DNA of 64,000 nucleotides from Octopus bimaculoides. Its lineage: Eukaryota. Shown here piece by piece: positions 26,278-39,908 of this stretch (position 1 is its first letter; the number at the start of each line of letters is the position of its first letter). A model generated the notes under the pieces. It ran no database searches. It worked only from the letters and a program-made list of their open reading frames with translations, and was not told the DNA's origin. The stretch spans positions 23,143,097-23,207,096 of the forward strand of contig NC_068992.1 of assembly GCF_001194135.2 (NCBI RefSeq), read 5' to 3'. A program made the position numbers and the translations under genes.

Positions 26278-27477
26278 GTATGCATAGATATATTCAAACA
26301 GGCACTACCATATGCACATATATGCTCTCCACAGAGAGAGAAAGCATTTTGCCAATTGTGTATGAGTGTATGTGGGTAGAAATTGTGTAAGACATATGCA
26401 ATATTGGTTCAAATTCTAAATTGAACAGATATATTATTTAAAACAGATGTCACTATAATTTCCTATAATTTAAATAGATTTCTCCGTCTGTTTACACTTT
26501 TTCAAAGGTCATGCTACATATTTGCTTTAGATTATTAAAATAATGCAAACAATATCTTCTCGTTTGAGAATAGTACTCTTGGTATCATGTGTTTTTATAT
26601 GTACTTGTATGTATGTTTGTGGTTCTCAGAGCACGCTCAACTTGCAAGGAAACTAATATGTTTAAGCGCTCTAAAAACACAGATGTACTCATGCAATCAC
26701 TGATATCATCTGAAACTAAAATGCATATTAACAGGAAGAATATGTATGAGTAATGCTATTCAAAAAGTAAAACTCAGATACGTAGAATCATACATGATTT
26801 CTATGTTCATGCCTGCTCAATGGGAAATCGAAGATATTAAGTTACACACGTTATCAATGGCTTAATATATATCACTTGTGTATATTATTTCTTGTATAAT
26901 ATGCGGAGGAATGATGACGTCCAGTGTGATTTCAGTAACTCTTTCACTGGAGAGAAATTACTAACATTAACTCATGATGCTATCGAAATTTAGTTGCAAA
27001 TTAGGAACGATATGGTTGGTTATAGGTTTTTGAGTGAAACGATTATCGGTAACGGTTATTTACACATAATAAATATGAGAAATAGATGTTGTGCTCTTTG
27101 CAATTATGATTCATAGCGTGAGCAGATTATAAATGATTCAGTACTTAATATAAATAATGAATGTCACCTTTGGGATGATATATATGGCGCAACATGATGC
27201 AAGTTCTTAGTGATTTCATGATCATTAATACGATTGTTTGAAAAGTTTTCAGTTTTTATAGAACTACGGAAAAAAGAGCATAGAAATTAGAAAACTCACA
27301 CCACACACTCTACATTGCACATATAGTCTACATACATGCATATATACTTAGTATATATATNNNNNNNNNNNNNNNNNNNNNNNNNNNNNNNNNNNNNNNN
27401 NNNNNNNNNNNNNNNNNNNNNNNNNNNNNNNNNNNNNNNNNNNNNNNNNNNNNNNNNNNNNNNNNNNNNNNNNNNNN

Positions 27478-27519
<42 letters not shown>

Positions 27520-28036
27520 TGTATTTAAATAGGTCCAACTTGCATGGAGCATACATATATATGTGTGTGTTTATATATATATGTATATATATATATACGT
27601 GAGTGTGTTTCTGTGTATATAGTCATTAGGTGAAAAAAGGAAAGAAAGGAACTCTTATCTGAAACAGTAGTTGAATACGTAAGCATTACATAACAAGTTT
27701 ACTAATATCCATTATTCAATTGTCATAACAGCAGATGTTATGTGGGTTTTGTTCAAGTGGAATATCATTAATTAACTGAGAATATACTTGTAATAAGAAT
27801 TCACAACCTTCTGGTGTATATAATTTAGGAAAATATAAAGCATCTGCTTTCAAATCTTCAAATACAATGTTGTAAAAATTAATCAAAGAAGGGATGGAGC
27901 TTTATAACATCTATGAAGTTGTAGACCCATTTCAGAAGCAAGAGATGACAACAGCGGATACGTCCCAATCTTATTTAGAATCCGTCAAGAATCCATTCTT
28001 CATGCACTTCAACTTAGCCACGATCAAATATATATA

Positions 28037-29248
28037 TATTGGGATCATCCCATAAATAATGCAGTTTTGTTTATAATTTCTGTCTGTTTTTTTTTCAGAA
28101 TTAAGTTATTTTTTAATCTAAAATATACTCTCCCTCGTTTTGTACAATGCTCTTCCATCTATCTGATAGACTTGCATTTGTCCATGGCCAAAAATATTCC
28201 TGTAGTTCTGTTCTGTCCTCGTCTTCAAAATTCATATTTTTTCCGTCCAAATGATTTTGAAGACTGCGGAATAAATGATAACCAGATGGAGCAATATCCG
28301 GCTAATGTGATGGGTGGGGAACCGTTTCCCATTCGACCCGCTCCAGTCTTTGGAATGTTATCCACTCTGTATCGGGCCGAGTGTTATGCTGATGGAAGAA
28401 CGTATTTCGTCTTGAAACCAAAGAGGGTCGTTTTCTTTCTAGCACTGACTTAAGCCGTTCAGGCTGTATGTAGTCGATATCCTTTGTCATCGTTTGGTTT
28501 GGGTTTAAAAGTTTCAAAGTGGACTAAATAGGGCATATCCTACCAAAGAAATAACAACATCTTACGTGGGTGAAAACCTGGGGTGCCATTGTTTCTCCTT
28601 TCCCTAACCACTGTCTACGGCGAGTGACATTTTTATAGAGAACCCATTTCACGTCACCAGTCACTATTTGGTTAAAAAAAAAAGTTCATCCGTGAGACGT
28701 GACAGCAGAGAAGAGCACACAGCCACTCTCTGCGCGCTATTTCACTCGGAATGTTTGTTTAGGAATCCATTGACCCAATCTGCTAACTTTTCCGGTAGCC
28801 CGCAGGAGACGACAAATGGTTAAATGACCGAATCAAACTTCTCTACTAGTTCCTAAACTGTTAGGATGGGGCTTTATTCCACTGGGGTTTGCAGGACTTC
28901 CTCCTAGAGCTCTACAGATCTTCCAGGACGAGGCTCCTCTTTTAGGCTGTAGTCTCCGATTCGGAATTTCTGGAACCACCGTTATCCGGGACTTACGCTT
29001 ATTGTCTGATCCCCATATGCTGCATTGATATTCCTCGCCCTTTCCGTTGCGTTGTTGCAAAATATGTCGAATATGCCCCTTTGCCACTTCCATTATAACT
29101 TTGAAAAAAATAACTGTTAAAACAGAACTGCACTAAGAATGAGAAGATGGTAAAATTACTACCTGCTTTTATAGCAAGTTGATGCAGATAGTTTATCTCG
29201 TCTCTCTCCGAATTTTAGTTAATGCAATTATATATGGGATATCCCAAT
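28037..29248 (-). mobile_element. Full-length decayed mariner transposon with both TIRs
   Basis: TIRs tattgggatcatcccataaataatgca (28037-28063) and tgcaattatatatgggatatcccaata (29222-29248), set in TA context. Minus-strand MEVAKGHIRHILQ and PDIAPSGYHLFRSLQNHLDG motifs. Frameshifted. Confidence 0.9.
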
Positions 29249-30709
29249 ATATATATACATATATATATATCGATGTATATGAGTGTATGTGCATGAGCCT
29301 GCATGTATGTGCAAGTGTGTGTGTGTGTGTGTGTCTGTTTGTCAATATGTGTATATATATATATATATATATGCACACAAGGTAATATCGAACATTAGGA
29401 TAAATATTCTTTACTTCTGCGTTAACAATCTGAAATATTACCCGACCCAAGACTAAGGAAAAGCGAAGTATACTTCAATGGCATTTAATCTTAAAACGTA
29501 AAGAGACGCATGAATGACCCTTATGCATTTTGTGTGGCATAGCAACGATTACGTCAGATCGCCGATTGTTATATAATATGTTATATAATATAGGTATATT
29601 CAATATTTTATAAAACAGTACCAATAGATACATTTCACTAACGCCGTTAATAATGTTAATAAATATTCAATACATGTTATTTAATTTCTAGCTTCTGCAA
29701 GAATTGCACAGACAGGAATGTTTCCTTGTAAGTTTATGTGCATGTGTAATCTCCTTGCATTCTATAAAATACTGTGAATATCACATTTGGTATTGTTCCA
29801 GTAGTGGTTCACATTGCCGTTTAATTACCTAATTAATTGTGAACAAAATCGCATTGTGTAATAACAATAATCAGCATAACGCAACATTTATTTGTATGTT
29901 TGCAGCCATTGATTTCTTAATGTGCAAATTTATTTAAAACGCACATGTTGTTCCTTACTATAACATTTTGTGACATAACGTTTAGCTAATAAAATCTGAA
30001 TCATTATGTATTGTTTACGCAGATTAACTGATTTTATGCAGTTAAACGTTATTAGATTTTGTTCATATTTTATCATCTATGGCAATCGTTACAAATAGGC
30101 CTATCACAGACTCACTGTAATTATATAGTACTTAACCCATATTTATCGATCCATTAACGTTTTTCAAGTTATAATTTTCTAATTTTTCTTGGTTTTCCTG
30201 GTTACATGAACCCAACCCGTCGGGCCTGGCACTGAAGCAGTTTCGAACATTAACCCATGTCGCAATATTCAAAATTTTCACAACGCTAAAGTTCTACTCC
30301 AAATGTAGATTATACTTATTTATTATTACTTTGCCAATTTCTTACTTTTTGTTAAGAATTGTGAAATTGTACAGTGAGTGTTTTAAATGATGCTTTGTTT
30401 TTTGTCAATCACATATTTTATTTTCTATTTCTGTAATGGATAATTTTTAGATAGAAAACTATGGCTCAAGAAATTACAAATTTTCTGTTGTTTTCTGAAA
30501 TTATAGTCATACATAATCTACTGATCAGCGGAAAAAGTTATTCAGATGTCTGAATGCTGTGTAACAACAGTAGAAGCACATTCTTAATCACCAATGAAAT
30601 GATACTTTTCGAGAGCATTTTACCCTACACCATGACGTTATTTATGCCGTATATGTGACCTTGATCTCTTGATGGACCTCGACACTTCCTTAAGTTATAT
30701 GTGAGCATG

Positions 30710-30758
<49 letters not shown>

Positions 30759-31040
30759 NNNNNNNNNNNNNNNNNNNNNNNNNNNNNNNNNNNNNNNNNN
30801 NNNNNNNNNNNNNNNNNNNNNNNNNNNNNNNNNNNNNNNNNNNNNNNNNNNNNNNNNNNNNNNNNNNNNNNNNNNNNNNNNNNNNNNNNNNNNNNNNNNN
30901 NNNNNNNNNNNNNNNNNNNNNNNNNNNNNNNNNNNNNNNNNNNNNNNNNNNNNNNNNNNNNNNNNNNNNNNNNNNNNNNNNNNNNNNNNNNNNNNNNNNN
31001 NNNNNNNNNNNNNNNNNNNNNNNNNNNNNNNNNNNNNNNN

Positions 31041-31105
31041 GCCTCGGGCCAACCGAAGCCTTGTGAGTGGATTTGGTAGACGGAAACTGAAAGAAGCCCG
31101 TCATA

Positions 31106-31158
<53 letters not shown>

Positions 31159-31357
31159 GTGTGTCTGTGTTTGTCCCCCAACATCGCTTGACAACCGATG
31201 CTGGTGTGTGTACGTCCCCGTAACTTAGCAGTTCGGCAAAAGTGACCGATAGAATAAGTACTAGGCTTCCAAAGTCCTGGGGTCGAGTTGCTCGACTAAA
31301 GGCGGTGCTCCAGCATGGCCACTGTCAAAAAGGCTGAAACAAGTAAACGAGTAAAGG
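31041..31357 (+). mobile_element. tRNA-derived SINE family B (5' part hidden in N gap)
   Basis: gccttgtgagtggatttggtagacggaaactgaaagaagcccgtc, internal (TA)n, tail ending gctgaaacaagtaaacgagtaaa. Confidence 0.85.
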
Positions 31358-32114
31358 CGGAATTTGGAATCTTAAGTGAATGTTGTACCAATAATTCTTC
31401 TATATATTGCGCTATCCAAGTTTATTCGATTTGGTATGCCACTTATAGGTTTTACATGCAATTGTGTAATTCTCACGTATAGCTGGCACTGTGTCGTATA
31501 ACTTCATTGAATTAAATTTACCATGCTTCTTTCATTAGATATTTTGGCTATTATTTATTATCATTTATTCATTATTCCTTCTTATTATTTCTAACGCATC
31601 AGAATGCAGTCGTGTAAAATCATGGAAGTGATCGATAACTTCTCATTCAATATTTTTTTATCATAATATTGGAAAGTAATCAGTTTGATTAATACATTAA
31701 AACAAGTCGTTGCTATTATGCTAAACTGTCGTATGTTCAAAATGACGAAATACGTTTCTTCCAAATTTATTGCAATAGGCGGTTCTTTTGGTCAAACTAT
31801 CGTATCTCCAGCTGCTTCCGATGCCAAGATATCAAAAATTGTCGAAGTGTAGTACAACGGTTTTAGAATGGTGAAACTATTTTTCCGTTTTCCGAAAAAA
31901 ACCCCCAAAAAACAACATCTTGGACTTACGACACATTTGCATAATAGCAACTAAGTGTTTTTTATAAGATGTTCAAATTCGGTAACTCTTATGGAAAGAA
32001 GATGACACCTTTTAGGAAGAAATAATACGTGTATATTTTGTGCAAGCGTCGACACGTACGTTATAAATTTCTCGGTGGCCGATTCAGCAGCTTCAGTTCA
32101 GTTTACTGTTATCT

Positions 32115-32520
32115 TTTATCTTTTATTTGTTTCAATCATTAGACTGCAGCCATGCTGAGGCGCAGCATTGAAGGGTTTAATGGAAGTCATCAATCCCCAT
32201 ATTTGTGGGGTACTTTTCATACCTGATACTAATGCATTCGTTCTCTTATCTATCTTTCACTTTTACCGAAACGCTAGGTTACGGAGACGTAAACAAGCCA
32301 ACACCGGTCGACCAACCGTGGTGAGGCACACATACGCGCCCAAAGACACACATACGCGCACAAAAACACACATACGCGCGCACACATGTATATACGCAAC
32401 AGACTTATTTAAGTTTCCGACTAGCAAATTCACTCTCGAGGCTTTGCCCACGGTGTAACGCAGTGATACTGAACCAGAAACCATGTGTTGGAGAAGCTAA
32501 TTTCTTACCACAGAGCCACT
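32115..32520 (-). mobile_element. SINE family B, diverged full-length copy
   Basis: Reverse complement shows the head (ctctgtggtaagaaattagc...catggtttctggttcag), body, microsatellite and tail. Confidence 0.75.
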
Positions 32521-32717
32521 AATAGCATTTGTTTAAAAATGCTCTTATCCCACATTATAAAAAGATAAACCTATTACAAAGGAGGCTGTTTTATACAGTT
32601 ATAATATGTTTCAATATGGGTTTCACAGTTATTGATTTGTAAATGTGTTTATATTATTTAGTCGGAATAATTAAGGCCTCAAGGAAAAAGGTACAAGTAA
32701 TAAATATACATGAATAT

Positions 32718-32917
32718 GGGTGCAAGAATGACTCTGTGGTAAGTAGCTTGCTTACTAACCATATGGTTTTGGGTTCAGTTCTACTGCGTGGCACCTTGGG
32801 CAAGTGTCTTCTACAATAGCTTCGGACTGGCCAAAGCATTGTGAGTGGATTTGGTAGACGGAAACTGAAAGAAGCCCGTCGTATATATGTATATAAATAT
32901 ATATATATATATATATA
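32718..32917 (+). mobile_element. SINE family B 5' half (runs into N gap)
   Basis: ctctgtggtaagtagcttgcttactaaccatatggttttgggttcagttctactgcgtggcaccttgggcaagtgtctt (tRNA head plus CORE-like segment). Confidence 0.85.
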
Positions 32918-34260
32918 NNNNNNNNNNNNNNNNNNNNNNNNNNNNNNNNNNNNNNNNNNNNNNNNNNNNNNNNNNNNNNNNNNNNNNNNNNNNNNNNNNN
33001 NNNNNNNNNNNNNNNNNNNNNNNNNNNNNNNNNNNNNNNNNNNNNNNNNNNNNNNNNNNNNNNNNNNNNNNNNNNNNNNNNNNNNNNNNNNNNNNNNNNN
33101 NNNNNNNNNNNNNNNNNNNNNNNNNNNNNNNNNNNNNNNNNNNNNNNNNNNNNNNNNNNNNNNNNNNNNNNNNNNNNNNNNNNNNNNNNNNNNNNNNNNN
33201 NNNNNNNNNNNNNNNNNNNNNNNNNNNNNNNNNNNNNNNNNNNNNNNNNNNNNNNNNNNNNNNNNNNNNNNNNNNNNNNNNCAACCCATCAACACCTGGA
33301 TGCGGATGCGTCTCGGGAAACAAAAAAAATCTTTGCTGGAGTGCTCCATGGTATTCCGAAACGCGACTTTCGAAACCTCTTCGGGTGGTGCTATTAAGTT
33401 AGTCGTGGCCTTGGCCGATAATGGCCAGAACAAATCAAGTTATGTAACCTATCAAATATTACCTTCGTGCATATAGTACGGAAGTAAAAAAAAAGCTGAT
33501 GTGTTGTGAAACTTTTAAGGCTCAAAACAGCCAAAAGTTCGACTAGCGATATTTACATAACTATTTCACGTTCTCTCATAATTTTATAGAATTCGTATGA
33601 CGTCAACAATACATATACCTCCATAATGATTTTTAGTCATTGTATGCAGATGTTTAAATAACGACTTGTTTAATTGACTTTTAATGCATTTAGATAATGT
33701 AAGAAATATTTTCACCAAATTCGTCAATGTATACGTAAGCGATACATAAGCAATATAACGAGGAAGAGTGTTGTAAGCGATTGACTGAAGTCTTTTTTTC
33801 TCAAAATCCCAGAATTCAAAGTGTGTTTCAATTATTATGCCACGTCTATGTATTTGTGTATATGAGTTAATATTCCTGAAAGAATGCTTCACGAACACTT
33901 TCTATATTTCACTTTTCAATCTCATATTCTACCGAAATCTAAACTTAGCATATAGCAGGTTTTATATACACAAGAACGCTTATTTTCTTGGTAAAATGAT
34001 ATACTGGCACGCATATTCATACTTACATTCGTATATGTCTTCATATATACAAGATAGAAGTACGTTACACTTCTTAAGGGTCCAGGTTCTTCAGGGAAAA
34101 CAGACATAAATAAAAATTCAACTCTGACATTCAGAATTTCCTTTCACGTTATATTTCGGGAGAAAAAAATGTAAGATAGCATTGCAAGATAGCATTGCAA
34201 TGTCATCTTGCTTATAGAAATTCAGTTTCTTCTTAGTTATCTTCGTTTTCATTTTCCATA

Positions 34261-34316
<56 letters not shown>

Positions 34317-36061
34317 GCACACAAACACGCACGCATATACATACATATACATGCATGCATACATACAATGATATATACACACACACACATAAATATATAA
34401 TATCTANNNNNNNNNNNNNNNNNNNNNNNNNNNNNNNNNNNNNNNNNNNNNNNNNNNNNNNNNNNNNNNNNNNNNNNNNNNNNNNNNNNNNNNNNNNNNN
34501 NNNNNNNNNNNNNNNNNNNNNNNNNNNNNNNNNNNNNNNNNNNNNNNNNNNNNNNNNNNNNNNNNNNNNNNNNNNNNNNNNNNNNNNNNNNNNNNNNNNN
34601 NNNNNNNNNNNNNNNNNNNNNNNNNNNNNNNNNNNNNNNNNNNNNNNNNNNNNNNNNNNNNNNNNNNNNNNNNNNNNNNNNNNNNNNNNNNNNNNNNNNT
34701 ATATATATATATCCCTGTATTTATGTATTTTATGTATATATATATATATATATTTGTATATCAATTTTTACATGCACAAATATATATATATGCACACATG
34801 TATGTCTGCATGTATATATGTACATATGAATGTGTATATGTATCTAAGCATTTCTGCATTTATACATACATGTATGTACTGGAATTTATAGCTTGATGAG
34901 GAAATAAGTAAACTCCACATTTTGTATGTATATCAAAAGAAAAAGTAAAGAAAAATACTTTGGAATATGGGTGCAATGCACAAAGGCAAACAACAAATGA
35001 AATGCTGGAATTGCTGAATGAGATTTCTCCGAATGATAGATGTGATTTGTGATAAAATATGATATTATTCGAATCACACTGTTTATCTAGCAAAGTGGTT
35101 TTCATTTTCTATATATTTATATTCTTACTATGATATATGTCAGTTTATCATAGTATCCTGGCTTGTAAATCTCTCTGGCACTCTCTCTATATGAGTGTTG
35201 TTATAATTGCATTTTCTTAGTTTTGCATCTTCTATAAGTTACAAAAAATAAATTAATATATAAAACAGCTGATCTATCTCTATAAGTTACCTTTTCTTTG
35301 TGTAGATAAACATATCGTAAATCTTACTCTCTGATTCACAATCTATGATATTATTCCTCGTAGTTACTTTACTTCTCAACTTTATTCATTCACAGCTTTT
35401 ATCAATCTTCATCAAACAAACGCTTTAACTGTCGCATAATTTTCTATAGGTTCTTCTAATTTACCCACTTAACTAAACATCATTGTATATCTTTATCTAG
35501 TTTACGTACAGTCTATACAAAGTTAATTATTTTCAATCGATTTCGATGGGGAAGTCTTAGCTAAATTGTATTTTCTTAATACATCAATTCGGTTAGATTT
35601 TTCCAATTTCCTTCAGAATATACTTACTTACGCCACTGCTCATCCATTTCAGATAAAATCTCACAGAAAACACCAATCGATTTACGTTATTGTTGTTCAT
35701 CACATTTGGTCGAGATTCTAGTTTTCTTATGGTTCATTCTAAGTAATTCATTACTCGTTTACTCTCCCTAAACATGCGTAATAACCATTATTATTGACCA
35801 ACGATAGTGGGAAATATTGCGGTTTACGTAATATTTGTAACATATATTAACCGGTTATGTAAATTAGAATATACATCTTTATCAGATAAAATCTTTTCCA
35901 AGTTATCTATCTATGAGGTAGAATTTTGAGAGCGTAATATGTTTGACACAAGGATTATTCACAATCCTTTGGATGTTCTTTCACAATCCTGTGGGATGTT
36001 CAATATATATTTTAGAACTTGGTCGACATAAGTCTTCAAAATCTAATACATACTTAGAATA

Positions 36062-36178
36062 GCGACTAGGCGAAATCGTTAAACATTTCATTCATATTTA
36101 CGATCCGAGATCGAATTCCACTGAGGTCGCCTGCAACTTTCATTCTTTCGGGTTCGATATAAAATAAACACCAGTTGA
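36062..36178 (+). mobile_element. SINE family A fragment
   Basis: gagatcgaattccactgaggtcgcc...ttcattctttcgggttcgata matches the family A body. Confidence 0.6.
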
Positions 36179-36184
36179 TTACAT

Positions 36185-36400
36185 ACATTGTTTACCTTAT
36201 TTACATTTGTCGGATATTTGTCCTCACCTTGTTTGTTGTTAACACAACGTTTCGGCAGATATACCCTCCAGCCTTCATCAGGTGTCTTTGGGGAAGTTTC
36301 GAACCTGAGTTCTCATTCCTAAGGTGTTTTTCGTTTGTTTTTTTGTTGTTGTTGTTGATGATGTTATTATTATTATTATTATCATTATTATTATTATTAA

Positions 36401-36486
<86 letters not shown>

Positions 36487-36560
36487 TCACTGCCTGGAAT
36501 CGAACTCGGAATCTTGGGTTAGTAGCCCGCGCTCTTAACCACTATACCATATACATCCGC
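36185..36560 (-). mobile_element. tRNA-headed SINE-like element containing a hammerhead ribozyme, copy 2
   Basis: Minus strand: tagtggttaagagcgcgggctactaacccaagattccgagttcgattccaggcagtgac (A and B boxes), expanded (AAT)n, body, HHR at 36241-36286, aaatgtaaat tail. Confidence 0.85.
36241..36286 (-). ncRNA. Minimal hammerhead ribozyme (ACGU stem III, dimer-type)
   Basis: gacac-CTGATGA-a-ggctg(gagggtatat)ctgcc-GAAAC-GTT-gtgtt. 5-bp stem I, intact core, one U-U mismatch in stem II. Confidence 0.65.
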
Positions 36561-37378
36561 TGAACACAGCTNNNNNNNNNNNNNNNNNNNNNNNNNNNNN
36601 NNNNNNNNNNNNNNNNNNNNNNNNNNNNNNNNNNNNNNNNNNNNNNNNNNNNNNNNNNNNNNNNNNNNNNNNNNNNNNNNNNNNNNNNNNNNNNNNNNNN
36701 NNNNNNNNNNNNNNNNNNNNNNNNNNNNNNNNNNNNNNNNNNNNNNNNNNNNNNNNNNNNNNNNNNNNNNNNNNNNNNNNNNNNNNNNNNNNNNNNNNNN
36801 NNNNNNNNNNNNNNNNNNNNNNNNNNNNNNNNNNNNNNNNNNNNNNNNNNNNNNNNNNNNNNNNNNNNNNNNNNNNNNNNNNNNNNNNNNNNNNNNNNNN
36901 NNNNNNNNNNNNNNNNNNNNNNNNNNNNNNNNNNNNNNNNNNNNNNNNNNNNNNNNNNNNNNNNNNNNNNNNNNNNNNNNNNNNNNNNNNNNNNNNNNNN
37001 NNNNNNNNNNNNNNNNNNNNNNNNNNNNNNNNNNNNNNNNNNNNNNNNNNNNNNNNNNNNNNNNNNNNNNNNNNNNNNNNNNNNNNNNNNNNNNNNNNNN
37101 NNNNNNNNNNNNNNNNNNNNNNNNNNNNNNNNNNNNNNNNNNNNNNNNNNNNNNNNNNNNNNNNNNNNNNNNNNNNNNNNNNNNNNNNNNNNNNNNNNNN
37201 NNNNNNNNNNNNNNNNNNTTTATTCAGTGTTATCGCAATTTGAAAAAACATCGAAAGAGGTATCAATATTTATAAAGATAGTTTGTACAGTTTTAATATT
37301 CATACAGATTTTTTTCCTTTCCTGCAGGGTGTATACATCTTTTTAGATGGCTCTGTATACACACACACACACACTCAC

Positions 37379-37409
<31 letters not shown>

Positions 37410-37482
37410 TATATACACATACATATATACATTTATGCATATATATGTATATCTGCATGTATATGTATATATATATATATGT

Positions 37483-37571
<89 letters not shown>

Positions 37572-39835
37572 GATGTGTGTGTGCGTGTGTGCATGCGTGT
37601 GTACTCTGCACGTACTTTTCAGTTCGGAACGAGATCGGTAAACAAATCATAGCTAAACTCTTAGACCCGAAATATAAAAATGATTGTAGTGGCGTGGGAA
37701 AGCGAGAGGGAATTGCTTGTCTGTCTATCTGAATTCTATTCTATAAAAAATGTCGATCTCTTAATTTATTAAAATCAGATCCCTTTATTGTAAATGACAT
37801 CTGTTTACTCCACACTGACTGTACATGAACTTCGCTTCCTCGTTCTTCTCCAGTACTGATGAATGTAAAGTCTATATTACCATTGAATCGAATGTAATGA
37901 AAAACTAGAGTTCAATGATTATGTTCGTATATAAAACTATAAAACTATAAAAAATATTAAACGTTGCAAGGAAAATGTTACAGCATTTACATTATTTTCT
38001 TTTTATTTATCACATTTGTATATGGGTTACAGGGAATTGAATTTAGCGGGCCATGGCTGGAAAAGAATATCATTAAATAATAAAGTTATATTTTGACATG
38101 AATGCAAAACGTTCTATATACTTTCCCCCTTATTTCTCTACTACTTTTTCTGGATTAAATCGATTTTTGACTGCAAACTAAAGTTTACAGCAGGTGATAA
38201 TTGTATTTCTGTATCTCCATCCGATCGCAATTGTTCTCCTCTTCACATCATTGTACGTTCTAGTGATAAGTGGCTAGCTTATACTCTGTTCAGTATACAT
38301 TGGATGCGAATTCAATTTTAAACTAAAATTCTTGCAAACGTACATTTAACCGGCAATTTTTTTAATCATTGGACGCATAGAGATAAGCGTAATGTTCACC
38401 TGCTACAAACTTCGGTTTAAAGCAGATACAAAATGGATTTAATCATGAACGAAATTCAAAAGAGAAGTAATTTTGAATGTTCTGCTTTGAGACAAGTGGA
38501 AACTTAATGTTTAAAATTTTAAGCAATTTAACTTTTTTTATTGAACTTAGTGAATTCCATCTAACAACTATACACAGCTTTGATCATGATAACCACAAGA
38601 ACAAAGTGTAGACGGAAAATAATGCAATATTGAATCCAATAAACTTTTATTATAGACGCTTCATGAATATCTATTGAAGAATGTTCATGTCTGCAAGCAA
38701 GTATATATATCTGGGAAAGAATACATTTTCGAAAGAGCTGCCTCATCTACCGCCTGCTATAAAGTAAGAAGAGCATTTTTTTCATTAATATGTATACGAG
38801 TACATATGGAATTCAGAAAGATAGTTAATCCGTTGCCACTCCGTTGCAATTATTCGGTTTTCCTCTCCTGTGATAAATGGTAAAATTATTTCTTCTTCCC
38901 GGTCTCTTTATCCTTTTCTCCTCACGCGCGCGCACACACACAGACACACGCACACACAGACACACGCACGCACAAACACACGCACACACATACACACAAA
39001 CTCACACACAGAGACACATAGAGGCACATGTATACACATTTACTGATATAGAATTATCTTTTCCAGTGTGCGCTTTTTAGATCACTACTCGAAGATTTAA
39101 AGCATATAACTTTCACTAGTGTACAATGCGAATATATAAACGCACACACACACACGCACACACACACACACGCACACACACACACACACATACATATACG
39201 CTATATCTCTCTCTCTCTCTCTTGCACACACATGTAATATTCACATAGACAATAATTAGGTTTGCGTTAACATATATTTTTAACAACAATGAACTAACGA
39301 TAAATGATTACGCAATGTCAAAGAAGAAGATAGAAATAGTTTTAGAGTGTGACGGGTGAGTGCACTCCAAATGTATTTCTATCTACTGATCAACAAAACG
39401 AAAGTCATTGGATATTGTAAGTCGTAATCTAGGATGATAAAATGCTTTTATAACATTTGTTATGGGAAAGTACGGCAGGATTACTTTTTTTAAATATTGC
39501 AGCGAATGTTTCCAGGTGAGTGATAGCCTCATGATAATTTGCAGAACTCTATTTCAGGACCTGATACAAATATGATGTTACAATTGTCCTTTGTGTGTTG
39601 CCATGATCAAATTACTGGAAAACGAAGATTGATATCTTTTGCATAAACTGTGTTTTATAAACAGTCAGAGCAAGGAAACCATTGGTGTTAATAACATACT
39701 TGTCGAATACAGTTAATCTTTAGTAAACATCTAATTAGTTAGAATATCGGGTGGAGTGTACCCATTTGATGCATACTTCACTGAAACACTTTGGGTAAAC
39801 CCTATTCAGACAACCCAGCTATGAGTTACTAATGC

Positions 39836-39907
<72 letters not shown>
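39836..39907. repeat. (TAA)n microsatellite
   Basis: Direct reading. Confidence 0.95.

Positions 39908-39908
<1 letters not shown>

Noticed and set aside
36485-36550. Functional tRNA gene
   Set aside because: No proper acceptor stem or terminator, and it is fused to a repeat body present twice, so it is treated as a SINE head.
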